Shown: positions 12,501 through 24,184 of the stretch, in pieces
Position numbering within the stretch: position 1 is the first letter of the stretch
Layout: the number at the start of each line of letters is the position of its first letter
Assembly (NCBI GenBank): GCA_052327205.1
Contig: CM126212.1
Coordinates: 157,232,001-157,296,000, forward strand
Origin: Somniosus microcephalus
Lineage: Eukaryota
Direction: 5' to 3'
DNA: 64,000 bases
Program-made: the position numbers and the translations under genes
The notes under the pieces: generated by a model
The model's input: the letters and a program-made list of their open reading frames with translations, nothing else
What the model was told of the DNA's origin: nothing
Databases searched by the model: none

Positions 12501-14179
12501 TTGGTAATAATAGTCATCATTGTATGCTTAATTCCTATGAGAGCCATTAAATGCCTTTGAACCCTATTATCTTGTGGAATAATTTATACATTTCTAAGTA
12601 AGAATATCTATTCCCTAACATTAGCATTTCTGAAATGGGAAGTAGTTACTCCACAAGTTACACGTACTTCATGGTTTCTATAGCCTATAATCAAGTCTAG
12701 TTCTTGTTGCAGTCCAGGACTGTTTGAAGGTAGCACCTTGCTGCTTTGAAAATCTTTTGTCCTGGATTGGTGAATTGCCCTGTCCGGTTATCGCCATAAT
12801 CTAGTACCAGATTCAAATTTTGTGCCATTGGCAGAACAGTACAGTTTGAAATGCAATGTTTTGGGAGGGAGAGTTACCAAATTATTCATTAACTGAGATG
12901 TCCATTTTAGGCAGGATCACTTCCTATACAGCTTGATTTCAATTGGGAGAGGGAACCTAGAGTCTTGTTCCAACCAACTCCATTTCTATCATTTGAGTCT
13001 ACATTAGACTTTTTACACAAGTGTCAAAACTAATTTGTTGAACGAGATGCAACCCCAGTACCTTTAGCACTTTTCAACGTCAGTTGCACAATACAAGACG
13101 TCTTGGCTTCTGCGAACTGTAGTGCTCAAAATAGCCCCTTGGCTTTTTGCCAGGACCAATATTCTTTCACCCACTGTGATGACAAGACTGTGTTGCCCAT
13201 TCCCTCATGACCAATTAGTGAGTCAAGCTCATGAAGGCTTGTGAGAAAACACAAAGAACGAACCCGGGGCTGCGAGTTACAAATCATCCCATAGAAAATA
13301 TGTATGGCCTCAGATGCTGACAGATAATATCAAGGCAGGTGCTTGCTGGAATATGACTCATAATGGATGAGTTTGAGCTGAAAAAGTTATGAAACAAAGG
13401 TTAGACAAAGCTAGAACTTGATAATATTTTTGTTCACAGTTCTTTTCTGCCTTATCCTGCGGTTTTAAATTGAGTGTCATTATCTTTGGATTCAACAGAT
13501 GATGTGTGTTTTTTATTTCCACTTTGTCACTCTGAATGCACGGGAATACTGTTTGTTACAAAAGGTCATATCATAGACCAACGGCATGTAACAAGTCTTC
13601 TGGTAAACAATGCTAACTGCACTGTATCGGTTCAAGTTAAGTCAGGAATAAGCTGAGAGTTGTTAAAAATGGGTTTCAATAGGAGTTGCATTTACAGGTC
13701 ATTTTTCCTTTTAATCCACTGCCTTCACCCAAACATTGAATTTTTCTTTCAAATTAAATCTCTGGATCCATTTTTCTTGGTCGCTATAGAAAACATACAA
13801 AATTGACAGGCAGGAAAAGACCAGCTGATCCATCAAGCCAGCCCCACACACCATGAAGGCTGGTGTGTCATGGCCGCCCAGCAGGCCGTCATCTTCTGTA
13901 CTTGGCCCCACTGTATTCATTGCTAATGTCAAAAGCTCAGCTCTTCTGCATCAGTGCCCAATTCCTACACTGGGGAGGGGAGGAATTGAATTTTTATGCT
14001 CATCACGATGGTGGATGTCGTTGCTGTGGAACAAAATGTTTTCTTTTTAGCTAGTCAGCATCAAGCGTGCCCAGGTCAAATATACGAGATAGAACGCATC
14101 TTAATCCCAACCTCCGGAAAGCAATCAATTCTTCAGCGCCAATTTTCTATTCCCCACACGAGTCACCACAAGATCACAA

Positions 14180-14452
14180 AATAAGGAAGCCCATTGGGCC
14201 CATCTTAGCCGATCCTTTCAGAAAGAACCTACAATCCCTCCATCTTAAGTGACTCCAGGGTTTTTTCCTTCATGACTCTACCCAGAAGTCCACAACATGA
14301 ATTGACCATCTGTATGAAGAGGAGCTTCCTGGCATTAGTCCTAAATTTCCCGGTTACTGGTTTGAACCTGTATCCAAGTGATCTCCTGTCACAATTTAGT
14401 TTGAAATAGTGATTCATCCTTCCAGTACGATTTACTACCTTTTATTTATATA
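14180..14452 (-). mobile_element. Old CR1 3' fragment (continues at ~18450-18890 after nested insertions)
   Basis: Minus-strand GKFRTNARKLLF..VNSC..L; continuation ALETIQRGNTRLIP and VRPYQEYWVQF at 18471-18838. Confidence 0.65.
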
Positions 14453-15139
14453 CTAGCTGGGGGGGCCCTGGCGTTGCCAGGGCTGTTTTGGGCCGGGCGG
14501 TTTAAATCGAGTCCCAGGCTTTGGGGCCTGTCGGTCTGTCCCTGTGTGAATCTGCTGCCGGGCAACGTTTTAAATCGAGTCCCAGGCTTTGGGGCCTGTC
14601 TCTGTGTCCCTCTGTGAATCTGCTGCCGGGCAACATTTCTACCTTTTAATAGCTTCAAAGATGAAAGTGAAAGTACTTATAAAACGTTTTTGGTAAATGT
14701 GATGTTATTTTTAAAAGAGATACTAACTTTTTCGAAGCTGGATTAGCAGATTTTGAGCTGGAAGTAGTGAAGCAATAGCTGCCCGATGCCAGAGTTGAAA
14801 AGCATTCGTCCCACCCACAGACGCAGTGATTGGCCAACCATCAGGCGACTGAACTGTAGGATTGGTCAATCGTGACGGCACAGGATTGGTCGACCTTGAC
14901 GTCAGTCAATCAATGCTATTAGCAGATAATGAGTTTAATTTTGAAGGTTTTTTGCATAACGCGCGAACAATTTTAGTCCGACCGAAAAGTAAATACGCTT
15001 ATGACGGTTCTGGAATCGTCAGCTTTCTTTCGACGTAACGCACGTGTAGGTACGCTCTATAACTTTCGAGTTTATTCAAGACAGACAGACAGACGGAATG
15101 ACAGACAGAAGTATCCTTTTATATATATATATATAAAGT
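14453..15139 (-). mobile_element. Non-autonomous Helitron, unit A (~690 bp)
   Basis: Minus-strand 3' end CTAG followed by T, with subterminal hairpin ccctggc-gtt-gccaggg (14466-14482); 5' end with (TA)n and (CTGT)n; first ~250 bp shared with unit B. Confidence 0.85.
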
Positions 15140-15285
15140 CTAGCTGGAGTGCCCGGCGGTGCCGAGGCTTTTTCGAGGGCATGTTGTTGTTGGAAGAGAG
15201 AGAGCGCGACTGGGGGGGAAGAGAGAGCGCGACTGGGGGGAAGAGGGGGAGGGGGGGGAAAGGGGGAGGGAGGGGAAGAGGGGGG

Positions 15286-15964
15286 TCATATTGGGCAGAA
15301 ACAATAAAAACCCAAAACAAACTCAATTGCTACTTGGCCCTAAACAGACAATACAACATGGCTGATTACCTGACCATGGTAAAGGATAGCAAACTGAGAA
15401 AAACCTTGACAATGTACAGACTTAGTGAACATAGCCTGGCGATCGAAAAAGGTAGACACAGGCAGACCCGGCTACCAAGGGAGGACAGGATATGCTCTCA
15501 CTGCAGTCAGGGAGTGGTGGAGACAGAGATGCACTTCCTCACAGCTTGTAGAAAATATCAGGGCATAAGGGAGAATTTCTACCCAAAATTCACAAAATTA
15601 TGCCTGGTATTCAGAAATTTGAATGACGACCAAAAACTCCCATACCTACTGGGGGAAGAAAGAAATTGTGTAACCTTAGCGGCACACTATGTTACAGCTT
15701 GCCATAAACAGAGGGACAGAGGGGAGGGAGGGACAGAGGGGAGGGAGGGAGAGAGGGGAGGGAGGGAGAGAGAGTGGGGGGAGGGAGGGAGAGAGTATAT
15801 ACAAATTATATGAATGTATATTTATACACTCAGGGATATATCTGTTTATACACTGTATGGATAGATCTATATTTATGTGTTCAACCATGAATGTTTTTCG
15901 ATACTTTGGCAACATAAGATGTACCTTGTCATGCCAATAAAGTGATTTGAATTGAATTGAATTG
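15286..15964 (+). mobile_element. RTEX-like non-LTR retrotransposon 3' fragment inside the Helitron
   Basis: Open frame LRKTLTMYRLSEHSLAIEKGRH..CSHC..ETEMHFLTAC (C-terminal CCHC zinc knuckle), AATAAA and (TTGAA)n tail. Confidence 0.75.
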
Positions 15965-15978
15965 GAAGGGGGGGGAGG

Positions 15979-16312
15979 NNNNNNNNNNNNNNNNNNNNNN
16001 NNNNNNNNNNNNNNNNNNNNNNNNNNNNNNNNNNNNNNNNNNNNNNNNNNNNNNNNNNNNNNNNNNNNNNNNNNNNNNNNNNNNNNNNNNNNNNNNNNNN
16101 NNNNNNNNNNNNNNNNNNNNNNNNNNNNNNNNNNNNNNNNNNNNNNNNNNNNNNNNNNNNNNNNNNNNNNNNNNNNNNNNNNNNNNNNNNNNNNNNNNNN
16201 NNNNNNNNNNNNNNNNNNNNNNNNNNNNNNNNNNNNNNNNNNNNNNNNNNNNNNNNNNNNNNNNNNNNNNNNNNNNNNNNNNNNNNNNNNNNNNNNNNNN
16301 NNNNNNNNNNNN
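15979..16312. other. Assembly gap (N run) in G/A-rich low-complexity sequence
   Basis: N characters flanked by purine tracts. Confidence 1.
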
Positions 16313-16883
16313 GGGGCAGGGAAGAGGGGGCAGGGAGAGAGGGGGGAGGGAGAGGGAGGGGAGAGAGAGGGAGGGGAGAGAGAGTGGGGGGAGAGAGAGG
16401 GAGGGAGGGAGGGGGAAGGAGAGAGGGAAGGAGGAAGGAACCGGGCAGCCCAGACTAAAGATGGCACTGTTCGGGCCCACATTGAAGTTCCGCCATGATC
16501 AAAGATGGCGTCACGAGAAAAATTGTTGTGCCGCCAGGATCAAATATGGCGCCATGGTGTCGCTGCATTGAACTGCTGCCAGGATGAAAGATGGCCGGGC
16601 CCAGTTGCCGGGGTAACCCTCCTCCCCTCCCGATCTCCAGAGCCGGGTTAACCCTTGAGAGGGGGGGGGGGGGACCGAGGAGAGGGGATAGGGGGCGGGG
16701 GCAGAAAGAAAAAAAAGCTGTCTGCCAGCCTTCAGGGCGGGTGCGGCCAGCCTTGAAGGTGCATGAAGAAGCCGGCGGCCATTTTCTCATGTCGGTTGGA
16801 AGCACGGAAAAAAAAAATGTCTTAATAAAAACTGCAAAATTTCTTTACTTTTAAAAAAAGTAGCTGCAAAGTACAAAATCGGA

Positions 16884-17130
16884 AATCTTCTAACTTTATC
16901 TGTTCTTTCCTTAAAAACTTTCGGCTTTTGTATATCTTCTAACTTTATATCTTCTTTCGTGAAAAACTTTCTGTTTTTGTATATCTTCTAACTTTATATC
17001 TTCTTTCCTTGAAAAACTTTCGTCTTTTGAAAACCGAAAGTTTTTTAAGGAAAGAAGATATAAAGTTAGAAGATATACAAAAGCTGAAAGTTTTTAAGGA
17101 AAGAAGATATAAAGTTAGAAGATATAAAAA
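16884..17130. repeat. ~49-bp tandem repeat, three direct plus two inverted copies, forming a long palindrome
   Basis: atcttctaactttatatcttctttccttaaaaactttc x3, then gaaagtttttaaggaaagaagatataaagttagaagat x2; centre ~17030. Confidence 0.9.
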
Positions 17131-17574
17131 CTGAATTATTTATTCTCTATCTCTTCACTTACGTTGCAATAGTTGCTGCAGTCACTCCAGTGCTCGCGAA
17201 GACTAAAGTAACTTTTATTTATTCTGTCTTATTATTAAGCATCAGGCCCCGCCCACACACGCCATAGGATTGGTCAACCATCACATGATGGGGGAGACCA
17301 AAGGGGGGGGTGAGGGGTGGGAGGAGCTTGCCACAAAACAATTGCCTAGGGTCCAGCATGGCTGGCAACAGACGCCCAGGCTTAGAGGCCTACCTGCAAA
17401 AACGGGGAAAGGTAGGAAAATTAATGAGATTAGATAAAAGATTTAGAAAGTAATTAACTTTTTTTAAAAACAATTTCTGAAAGTAATTAACTTTTTTTTA
17501 AAAAGAATTTCTGTTTTAAAAGGAACTTTTTTTTAAAGACGCAGAAAGTGGGAAAAAGAAATGAAAAGTTTGGA

Positions 17575-17765
17575 ATCAAGATGGCGGCGACTCACCTCGG
17601 TTCAGAACGATAAGGCCCGCCCACACATGCACCAATTGGTGGACCGTCAGGTCACCGAAGCGTAGGATTGGTCAATCGTCCAGTCACTCGACCGTAGGAG
17701 GGCCCGCCCGCACACGCCAGGAACCCGCCATACGATTGGTCGACCTCGACGTCACTCGATGCTAA
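17575..17765 (-). promoter_or_regulatory. Putative Pol II promoter/first-exon module within Helitron unit B
   Basis: Clustered CCAAT (gattggtc) and GC boxes (cccgccc), CRE-like cgacgtca, minus-strand donor GAG|GTGAGT at 17596/17595, YY1 consensus caagatggcggc at 17577-17588. Confidence 0.45.
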
Positions 17766-17982
17766 TGAGCGGATAATGAGCGGAATGTTGAACGTTTTTT
17801 GGATACCGCGGGCACAATTTTTGTCCGGCCGAAACGTAAATACGCTTAGGACGGTTCTGGAATCGTCAGCTTTCTTTCGACGGAACACACGTGTAGGTAC
17901 GCTCTATAACTTTCGAGTTTATTCAATACAGACAGACAGACGGAATGACAGACAGACAGAAGTATCCTTTTATATATATAGA

Positions 17983-18442
17983 TTACATAAAATACACAGG
18001 CCAACCAGTCCATGCCGGCATTTATGCTCCACTCGAGCCTCCTCCCGTCCTTCCCCATCTATGCTCCACTCAAGCCTCCTCCCGTCCTTCCTCATCTATG
18101 CTCCACTCGAGCCTCCTCCCGTCCTTCCTCATCTATGCTCCACTCGAGCCTCCTCCCGTCCTTCCTCATCTAACTCTATCAGCATAACCCTCTATTCCCT
18201 TCTCCCTCATATTCTTATCTAGCATCCCCTTAAATGCATCTATACTATTCACCTCAACCACGCCCTGTGTAGTGAGTTCCATATTCTCACCACTCTCTGG
18301 GTAAAGAAGTTTCTTCTGAATTCCCTATTTGATTTTTTGGTGACTATCTTATATTGATGGCCTCTAGTTTTTCTCTTCCCCACAAGTGGAAACACTCTCT
18401 CTGTGTCGACTCTATCAAAACCTTTCATAATTTTAAAGACCT
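17983..18442 (-). mobile_element. CR1 3' fragment with an internal 37-bp tandem repeat x4 (18020-18168)
   Basis: Unit atctatgctccactcgagcctcctcccgtccttcctc; downstream ctcaccactctctgggtaaagaagtttct is the reverse of the FFTQRVV motif. Confidence 0.85.
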
Positions 18443-18894
18443 GAGAGAGATATCCATAACTTATAATCTCTCAGATGCCTCCTTTCAAGTCTGGAAAAAT
18501 AATTTCCCCCCAGTTTTTCCTCATAAACCACTTTCCTATCACGGGGATCAGTCTTGTGTTTCCTCTTTGAATTGTCTCCAGTGCTTGTATTTTAGTGATC
18601 AGAACTGGACCCAGTATTCCTGGTATGGTCTCACCCAGAGCATGAAACAATTGAGCATGACTTTCTCGGACATGCACAATATTGATTTTGCTACATAGTC
18701 CTGTATTATATTTGCTTTGTCAATGGCTGTTCCACAGTGATTGTATATCTTAGGTATTGAATCCACCAAAACCTCTCGGTCTCTTTCGATATCATCCTTA
18801 ACTATTTCAGTATCCCACACGGAGTACTTGTTACTCATTTTTATTACTATTGTTTAGTACTTTACAGTTGTCTATTAATTTTCATCCATTATTT

Positions 18895-19110
18895 TGTTTT
18901 TTATTCGTTCATGGGATGTGGGTGTCGCTGGCAAGGCCGGCATTTATTGCCCAACCCTAGTTGTCCTCGAGAAGGTGGTGGTGAGCCGCCTTCTTGAACC
19001 ACAGCAGTCCGTGTGGTGAAGGTACTCCCACAGTGCTGTTAGGGAGGGATTTCCAGGATTTTGACCCGGTGATGATGAAGGAACAGTAATATATGTCCAA
19101 GGCAGGATAG
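18895..19110 (-). mobile_element. Crack-like LINE 3' end
   Basis: Reverse complement of the tail at 6590-6710. Confidence 0.75.
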
Positions 19111-20289
19111 TGCCTGGCATTATGAATACACCAATCTATAACTCCTGGCAGTACAAAGCAATAGGAGAGTGATCCCCGAAACATCCTCACACACCTCTCA
19201 GCAGCCAGCACAGTGCTGCATCGAATCGGGCCTGGCAGCAGCTTACCCAGACTCGCAGTGTCCTGCTAACTGGTTTCAGAGTGGCACTGGCAGAGGCTTG
19301 GTGGGTCACCCAAGTCCCTTCTCAGCCATACATGCTGCATGGTGTGGGGACAACAGAAAAAAGGAACAAATCATTTCAATGTGGTTAGGGTCTATAAATC
19401 AATCAAGGCCTGAACTATAGATTCCTCAGCCATAGACACAGTCTAAATTGGCATCATATTTGTGCAACTGCACATGGCATTTCTTTTTGCATGTGCTTTT
19501 TTTTGTTAAAAACAAAACTTTAACCTGTAAACTAGTATATTTTGTTCAATCATTTTGTAAATTCCAAGCTACTTCCTCAGATTGAAATGCTTCTTCTAGA
19601 ATCTCCGTGGCTTGTGACCCCTCTCAATGAAATTGACAATTTACTCCCATTAATGTGGAAATATTTTCTGGTACAGGGTACAAGGCACTCAGGTTTAAAC
19701 TGGCACAGCCCAAACTCCATGTGCTTAGGACCCTTGCTCAAGTCTCAAATCAGTCTGGATGAGCTTTGCCAGAGGTGAAAGTTCTAACTCATTGGGACCA
19801 TGAAAAAAAGACACACACCTCTGGGTTCATTACTTAGTTCCTGCACTGTCAACAACTGTGGCATCTAAAACTACTGTTCCAAATGAGTCAAAGTGACTGC
19901 TGAATCTGAGGGCAGGACTCCTACACACTGGGACTGGGTGAAGGCTGCCAAAGGAAACTCAGCAATGACAGGAAGAAATCCTGTTTCACAAACCTTGATT
20001 TTATGACGTGTTTACCGTCTTATAATGAAATCTTTATATTTGGAGGGGGAATATTGTAAGCCAAGTTCTTGGAATTGTTGGTGTTGGGAATTCCGTCATA
20101 TTGGTGACAAGGGATGGAAAGCTCAGCAAATGCAGCCAAATTTTTATTTAATTATTTTGGAGACAACTTAAATATCTCCAATACACAGTGACTGCATCAC
20201 CTATAATGTCATAATCCACTTATTAACACCATTATTAATGTCTTATATCACAGTTTAAGAAATCAACAGTTCCTTTGATCCTCTTTCGA

Positions 20290-21565
20290 CCCCTCCATTG
20301 TCCCTGTACTGTCAAAAGTGCTTCTCAAATATCCAGCCTTGGATGAGTTTCCAATGTGTAGCTGGAGCAAATTGTAGAGGCCAAAGCCATCATCTTCAGC
20401 CCATGCCACGAATTCCATACCCTTGCCACTGACTTCATTCCCCTCTCTAGCCAGTCTCAAGCTGAAACCAATTGATCGTAACCTTAGTGTCCTAGTCAAC
20501 CTTCAGTTGAACTTCTGATCCCATGTCCCCTACATCACAAAGACCCCTTACTTCCACCTCCATAAAATTGCCTGCCTCCACCCCTACCTCAGCCCCTCTG
20601 CTACTGAAACCATCATCCATGCCTTTATCACTTCCAGACTCGACTACTCCACTGCTCTCCTGGCTGCACTCCCACCCTCCGTGCTCTGTAAACCTCAGCT
20701 CACCTAATACTCTGCTATCCTGCTCCCGCCCTCCGTGCTCTGTAAACCTCAGCTCTCCTAATACTCTGCTATCCCGCTCCCACCCTCCGTGCTCTGTAAA
20801 CCCCTAATACTCTGCTATCCCGCTCCCACCCTCCGTGCTCTGTAAACCTCAGCTCACCTAATACTCTGCTATCCCGCTCCCACCCTCCGTGCTCTGTAAA
20901 CCCCTAATACTCTGCTATCCCGCTCCCACCCTCCGTGCTCTGTAAACCTCAGCTCACCTAATACTCTGCTATCCTGCTCCCACCCTCCGTGCTCTGTAAA
21001 CCTCAGCTCACCTAATACTCTGCTATCCTGCTCCCACCCTCCGTGCTCTGTAAACCTCAGCTCACCTAATACTCTGCTATCCCGCTCCCACCCTCCGTGC
21101 TCTGTAAACCTCAGCTCACCTAATACTCTGCTATCCTGCTCACTGACCGACATTTGGTCCTGATTCTCCCAATGCCTCAAATTTGACATTTTCATGCTCA
21201 GGCTTAAATCCTTTCATGGCCTTGATTCTCCTTGTATCGCAAAGCCCTACAACTCCTCCCCACAAACCTTGCTAGCCTGACAACCCCTTGCCAAACTCTC
21301 CTTGCTCGGACTTTGGATTCTTACACACCCCCACTCCCTTTGTTCCACTATTTTCTACTGTGCCCGCAGCCCTCCCGCCTTCCCTCCCGAAACCACTCCA
21401 CTTCTCCAACTCCTCCTTTAAACCCACCTCTTTGACCAATATGCTGGTCATCCCTCCTAATTTCTCCTTCTTCGACTAAGCATCCATTTACTTTGCGTCG
21501 CTGTGAAGCACTTTGAAATGGTTTTCTAAATTAAAGGTGCTTATATAAGTGCAAGCTGCTGTTGG
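20290..21565 (+). mobile_element. Old L2 LINE 3' portion
   Basis: Homologous to 676-1800 but more diverged. Confidence 0.8.
20666..21142 (+). repeat. 54-bp minisatellite (~9 copies, two are 45-bp variants) amplified from L2 body
   Basis: Unit ctcccaccctccgtgctctgtaaacctcagctcacctaatactctgctatcccg. Confidence 0.92.
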
Positions 21566-22076
21566 TAAAAATAGTGTTTAGTGCCCATGCCATTCATCTT
21601 TAATTAGTTTTCAGTAATGGATCCATGGGAGCTATCACGGAGCAGTGTTATATTTACAGCAACAGTTTTGTTTACTTTGGAATCTCAAAAGCACCTTATC
21701 CCCAATTATATGAATCAGGCTATAAAGTTTTATGGTCTCATTATTTTTGAATGGGTACAAGAGCATCATATTGATCAGAGGTCCTACACATTAATGATGC
21801 ACATACTGTGAGTTAACGATTATTGGGAAACCAATAGAAATGCCAAGGTCTACAGTGCAGCATGACACCAAGGTTAAAAAAATTAAAATAGAAGATAAAT
21901 GAGGAAGTAGTGATTCGGTGACACCGAGCTTAGGTTTTAAAAGCTTGAAGATTTAAGCAAAAGGAAAGACAGAGAGGTAAATAGTTCCACAAATTTGAAG
22001 TCCCAGAAAAGAGTGACAGTGTAATTAATTTTAATTCAACACAGTGGTGGTGAAGGAAGGTTGTGTAGGACAGCAG

Positions 22077-22870
22077 ATTTTTTTGTTGGACCTCGGCCTT
22101 CAGGCGTCTGTAGAGCTGCTTTCTTGCTCTCGAGTTCTGTTGCGGTTTCCAGATCAGGAATGCCTTGCGCTTGCGGCTTATTAGCTCCTGGATCTTCCAG
22201 GACCTCAAACCCAGCACCAAGCTAATGGTCTACAGAGCAGCAGTGATACCTTCCCTCCTGTATGCTTCAGAGACATGGACCATGTACAGCAGGCACGTCA
22301 AAGCACTGGAGAGGTACCACTAACGCTGCCTCCGCAAGACCCTGCAAATCTATTGGCAGGATAGGCGCACCAACGTCAGTGTTCTCGCTCAGGCCAACAT
22401 CCCCAGCATCGAAGCTTTGACCATGCTTGATTAGCTCCAAAGGAAGGACCTCATTATCCGCAAGCCCGATATGAGACTCCCAAAACAAGCGCTCTACTCG
22501 GAACTCCAACACAGCAAGAGAGCCCCAGGTGGGCAGAGGAAACGCTTCAAGGACACCCTCAAAGCCTCCTTGAAAAAATGCAACATCCCCACCGACACCT
22601 GGGAATCCCTGGCCCAAAACCGCACAAAGTGGAGGAGAAGCATCCGGGAAGGCGCCGAACACCTCGAGTCCCTTCACCAGGAGCAAGCAGAAGCCAAGCA
22701 CAAACAGCGGAAGGAGCGCACGTCAACCCAAGCACCCCACCCACCCGCCCCTTCAACCACCGTCTGTCCCACCTGTGACAGAGATTGTAGGTCCCGCATT
22801 GGACTCATCAGTCACCTGAGAACTCATTTTTAGTGCGGAAGCAAGTCATCCGAGGGACTGCCTAAGAAGA
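22077..22870 (+). mobile_element. RTE-clade LINE, 5'-inverted/deleted insertion with 10-bp TSD
   Basis: Sense part 22195-22870 (KLMVYRAAV..LYASETW, RLPKQALYSEL..GGQRKRFKD, CPTC..HLRTH, (AAG)n tail); antisense part 22077-22194 (IQELISRKRKAF); TSD aggacagcag at 22067-22076 and 22871-22880. Confidence 0.9.
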
Positions 22871-22899
22871 AGGACAGCAGTATGAGTTTAGAGAAAAAG

Positions 22900-23175
22900 G
22901 TAAGGAAAGTTCAGAGGAGCACTGCCCATCCAGGACAGGCTGTACTCCCAGTGTCCCGGTCAACAGTCCGCCCTTGGTCAACACCAGCAAAACAGATCAA
23001 CTCGCCTTTCATCTCATTAGCTGTTTGTGAGAGCTTGCTGTGTGCAAAATGGTTGCCATGGTTGCCTATGAAACAACAGTATTTACACTTCAAAACAGTA
23101 ATTCATTGACTGTGAAGCCCTTGCGATATCCTAAGGATATGAAAGGTGCAAATAAATGCAAGTTCTTTCTTTCTA
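22900..23175 (+). mobile_element. Old Deu-domain SINE fragment
   Basis: Homologous to the 3' half of the SINE at 23331-23795 in opposite orientation. Confidence 0.65.
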
Positions 23176-23330
23176 ATTATAATTGTAATAACCTAGGAAT
23201 TCCAATTAACAGCAATGTAAATATTATTATGGCATTTTCAATTTGACAAAAGCTACACTGAAGGAGTTTAGCTTCTCTCATCTTTCAGTGGTTACCTATG
23301 CAGCAGTGATGAATTATGCATCTTCATGTA

Positions 23331-23795
23331 AGAAAGAAATAAAGACTTACATTTATATAGCGTCTTTCACAATCTCAGGACGTCCCAAAGTGCTTTACAT
23401 CCAATGAAATACTTTTGAAGTGTAGTCACTGTTGTAATGTAGGAAATGCAGCTACCAATTTGCGCACAGCAAGCTCCCACAAACAGCCAAGTGATAATGA
23501 CCAGATCATCCGTTTTAGTGATGTTGATTGAGGGATAACTATTGGCCAGGACACCAGGGATAACTTCCCTGCCCTTCTTCGAAATAGTGCCATGGGATCT
23601 TTTATGTCCACCTGAGAGGGCAGACGGGTTTAACATCTCATCCGAAAGACAGCACCTCCAACAGTGCAGCACTCCCTCAGTATTGCACTGGAGTGTCAGC
23701 CTAGATTTTCCTGCTCAAGTCTCTGGAGTGGGACTCGAACACTCAGCCTTCTGACTCCGAGGCAAGTGTGCTACCAACTGAGCTACAGCTGACAC
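23331..23795 (-). mobile_element. Full-length tRNA-derived SINE, SacSINE1/DeuSINE-like
   Basis: Minus strand: A box tagctcagttggtagc, B box gttcgagtccc, central domain, L2-like tail (ctatataaatgtaagtcttt). Confidence 0.88.
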
Positions 23796-24184
23796 TTGTA
23801 ATGAATATCAGACATATGTAATTTTAGAATTGTTTTGTTAGTTATGGTTTCTTCATGGCAATTGTGACCTCATGGCTGACACAGATGGTTGCGGTAATTA
23901 CTTGCAGAGTGTGGCTAATTAAAAAGTTCAAAAGTTTAAAAATATTGATACTGCAAATCACTTAAGAAAAACCAGAGAAAGTAATTGGATCTGGAGAAAT
24001 CAGGGGTAGCACAGTAATGGTGAATCCTTTTTTCATCAACAAACTTCAAAGTGATTTGTTGTGCATTAATAATCAATTGTAATCACATTTTCACCCTGTG
24101 TAATTAACATCGGTCCCTTTATATTTCCAGTTTAATAAAAGCTAAGCGAGGCATAATTATTTCAACGCTAATAGGTCGAGAGGG

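Larger units (their letters stand above)
15140..17982 (-). mobile_element. Non-autonomous Helitron, unit B (~2.8 kb including gap and nested LINE)
   Basis: Minus-strand 5' end A|TCTATATATA at 17982 followed by (CTGT)n; 3' CTAG at 15140-15143 with imperfect hairpin gcccggc-ggt-gccgaggc; no TSD; whole array sits between A and T. Confidence 0.8.

Noticed and set aside
15001-15813. 270-aa ORF as a host gene
   Set aside because: Chance read-through of Helitron sequence, a G-rich tract and the RTEX-like C-terminus.
15676-16571. Long ORFs containing X runs
   Set aside because: They span the N gap and low-complexity flanks.
23700-23795. tRNA gene
   Set aside because: It is the tRNA-derived head of a SINE; same for 54230-54322, 46755 and 48405.
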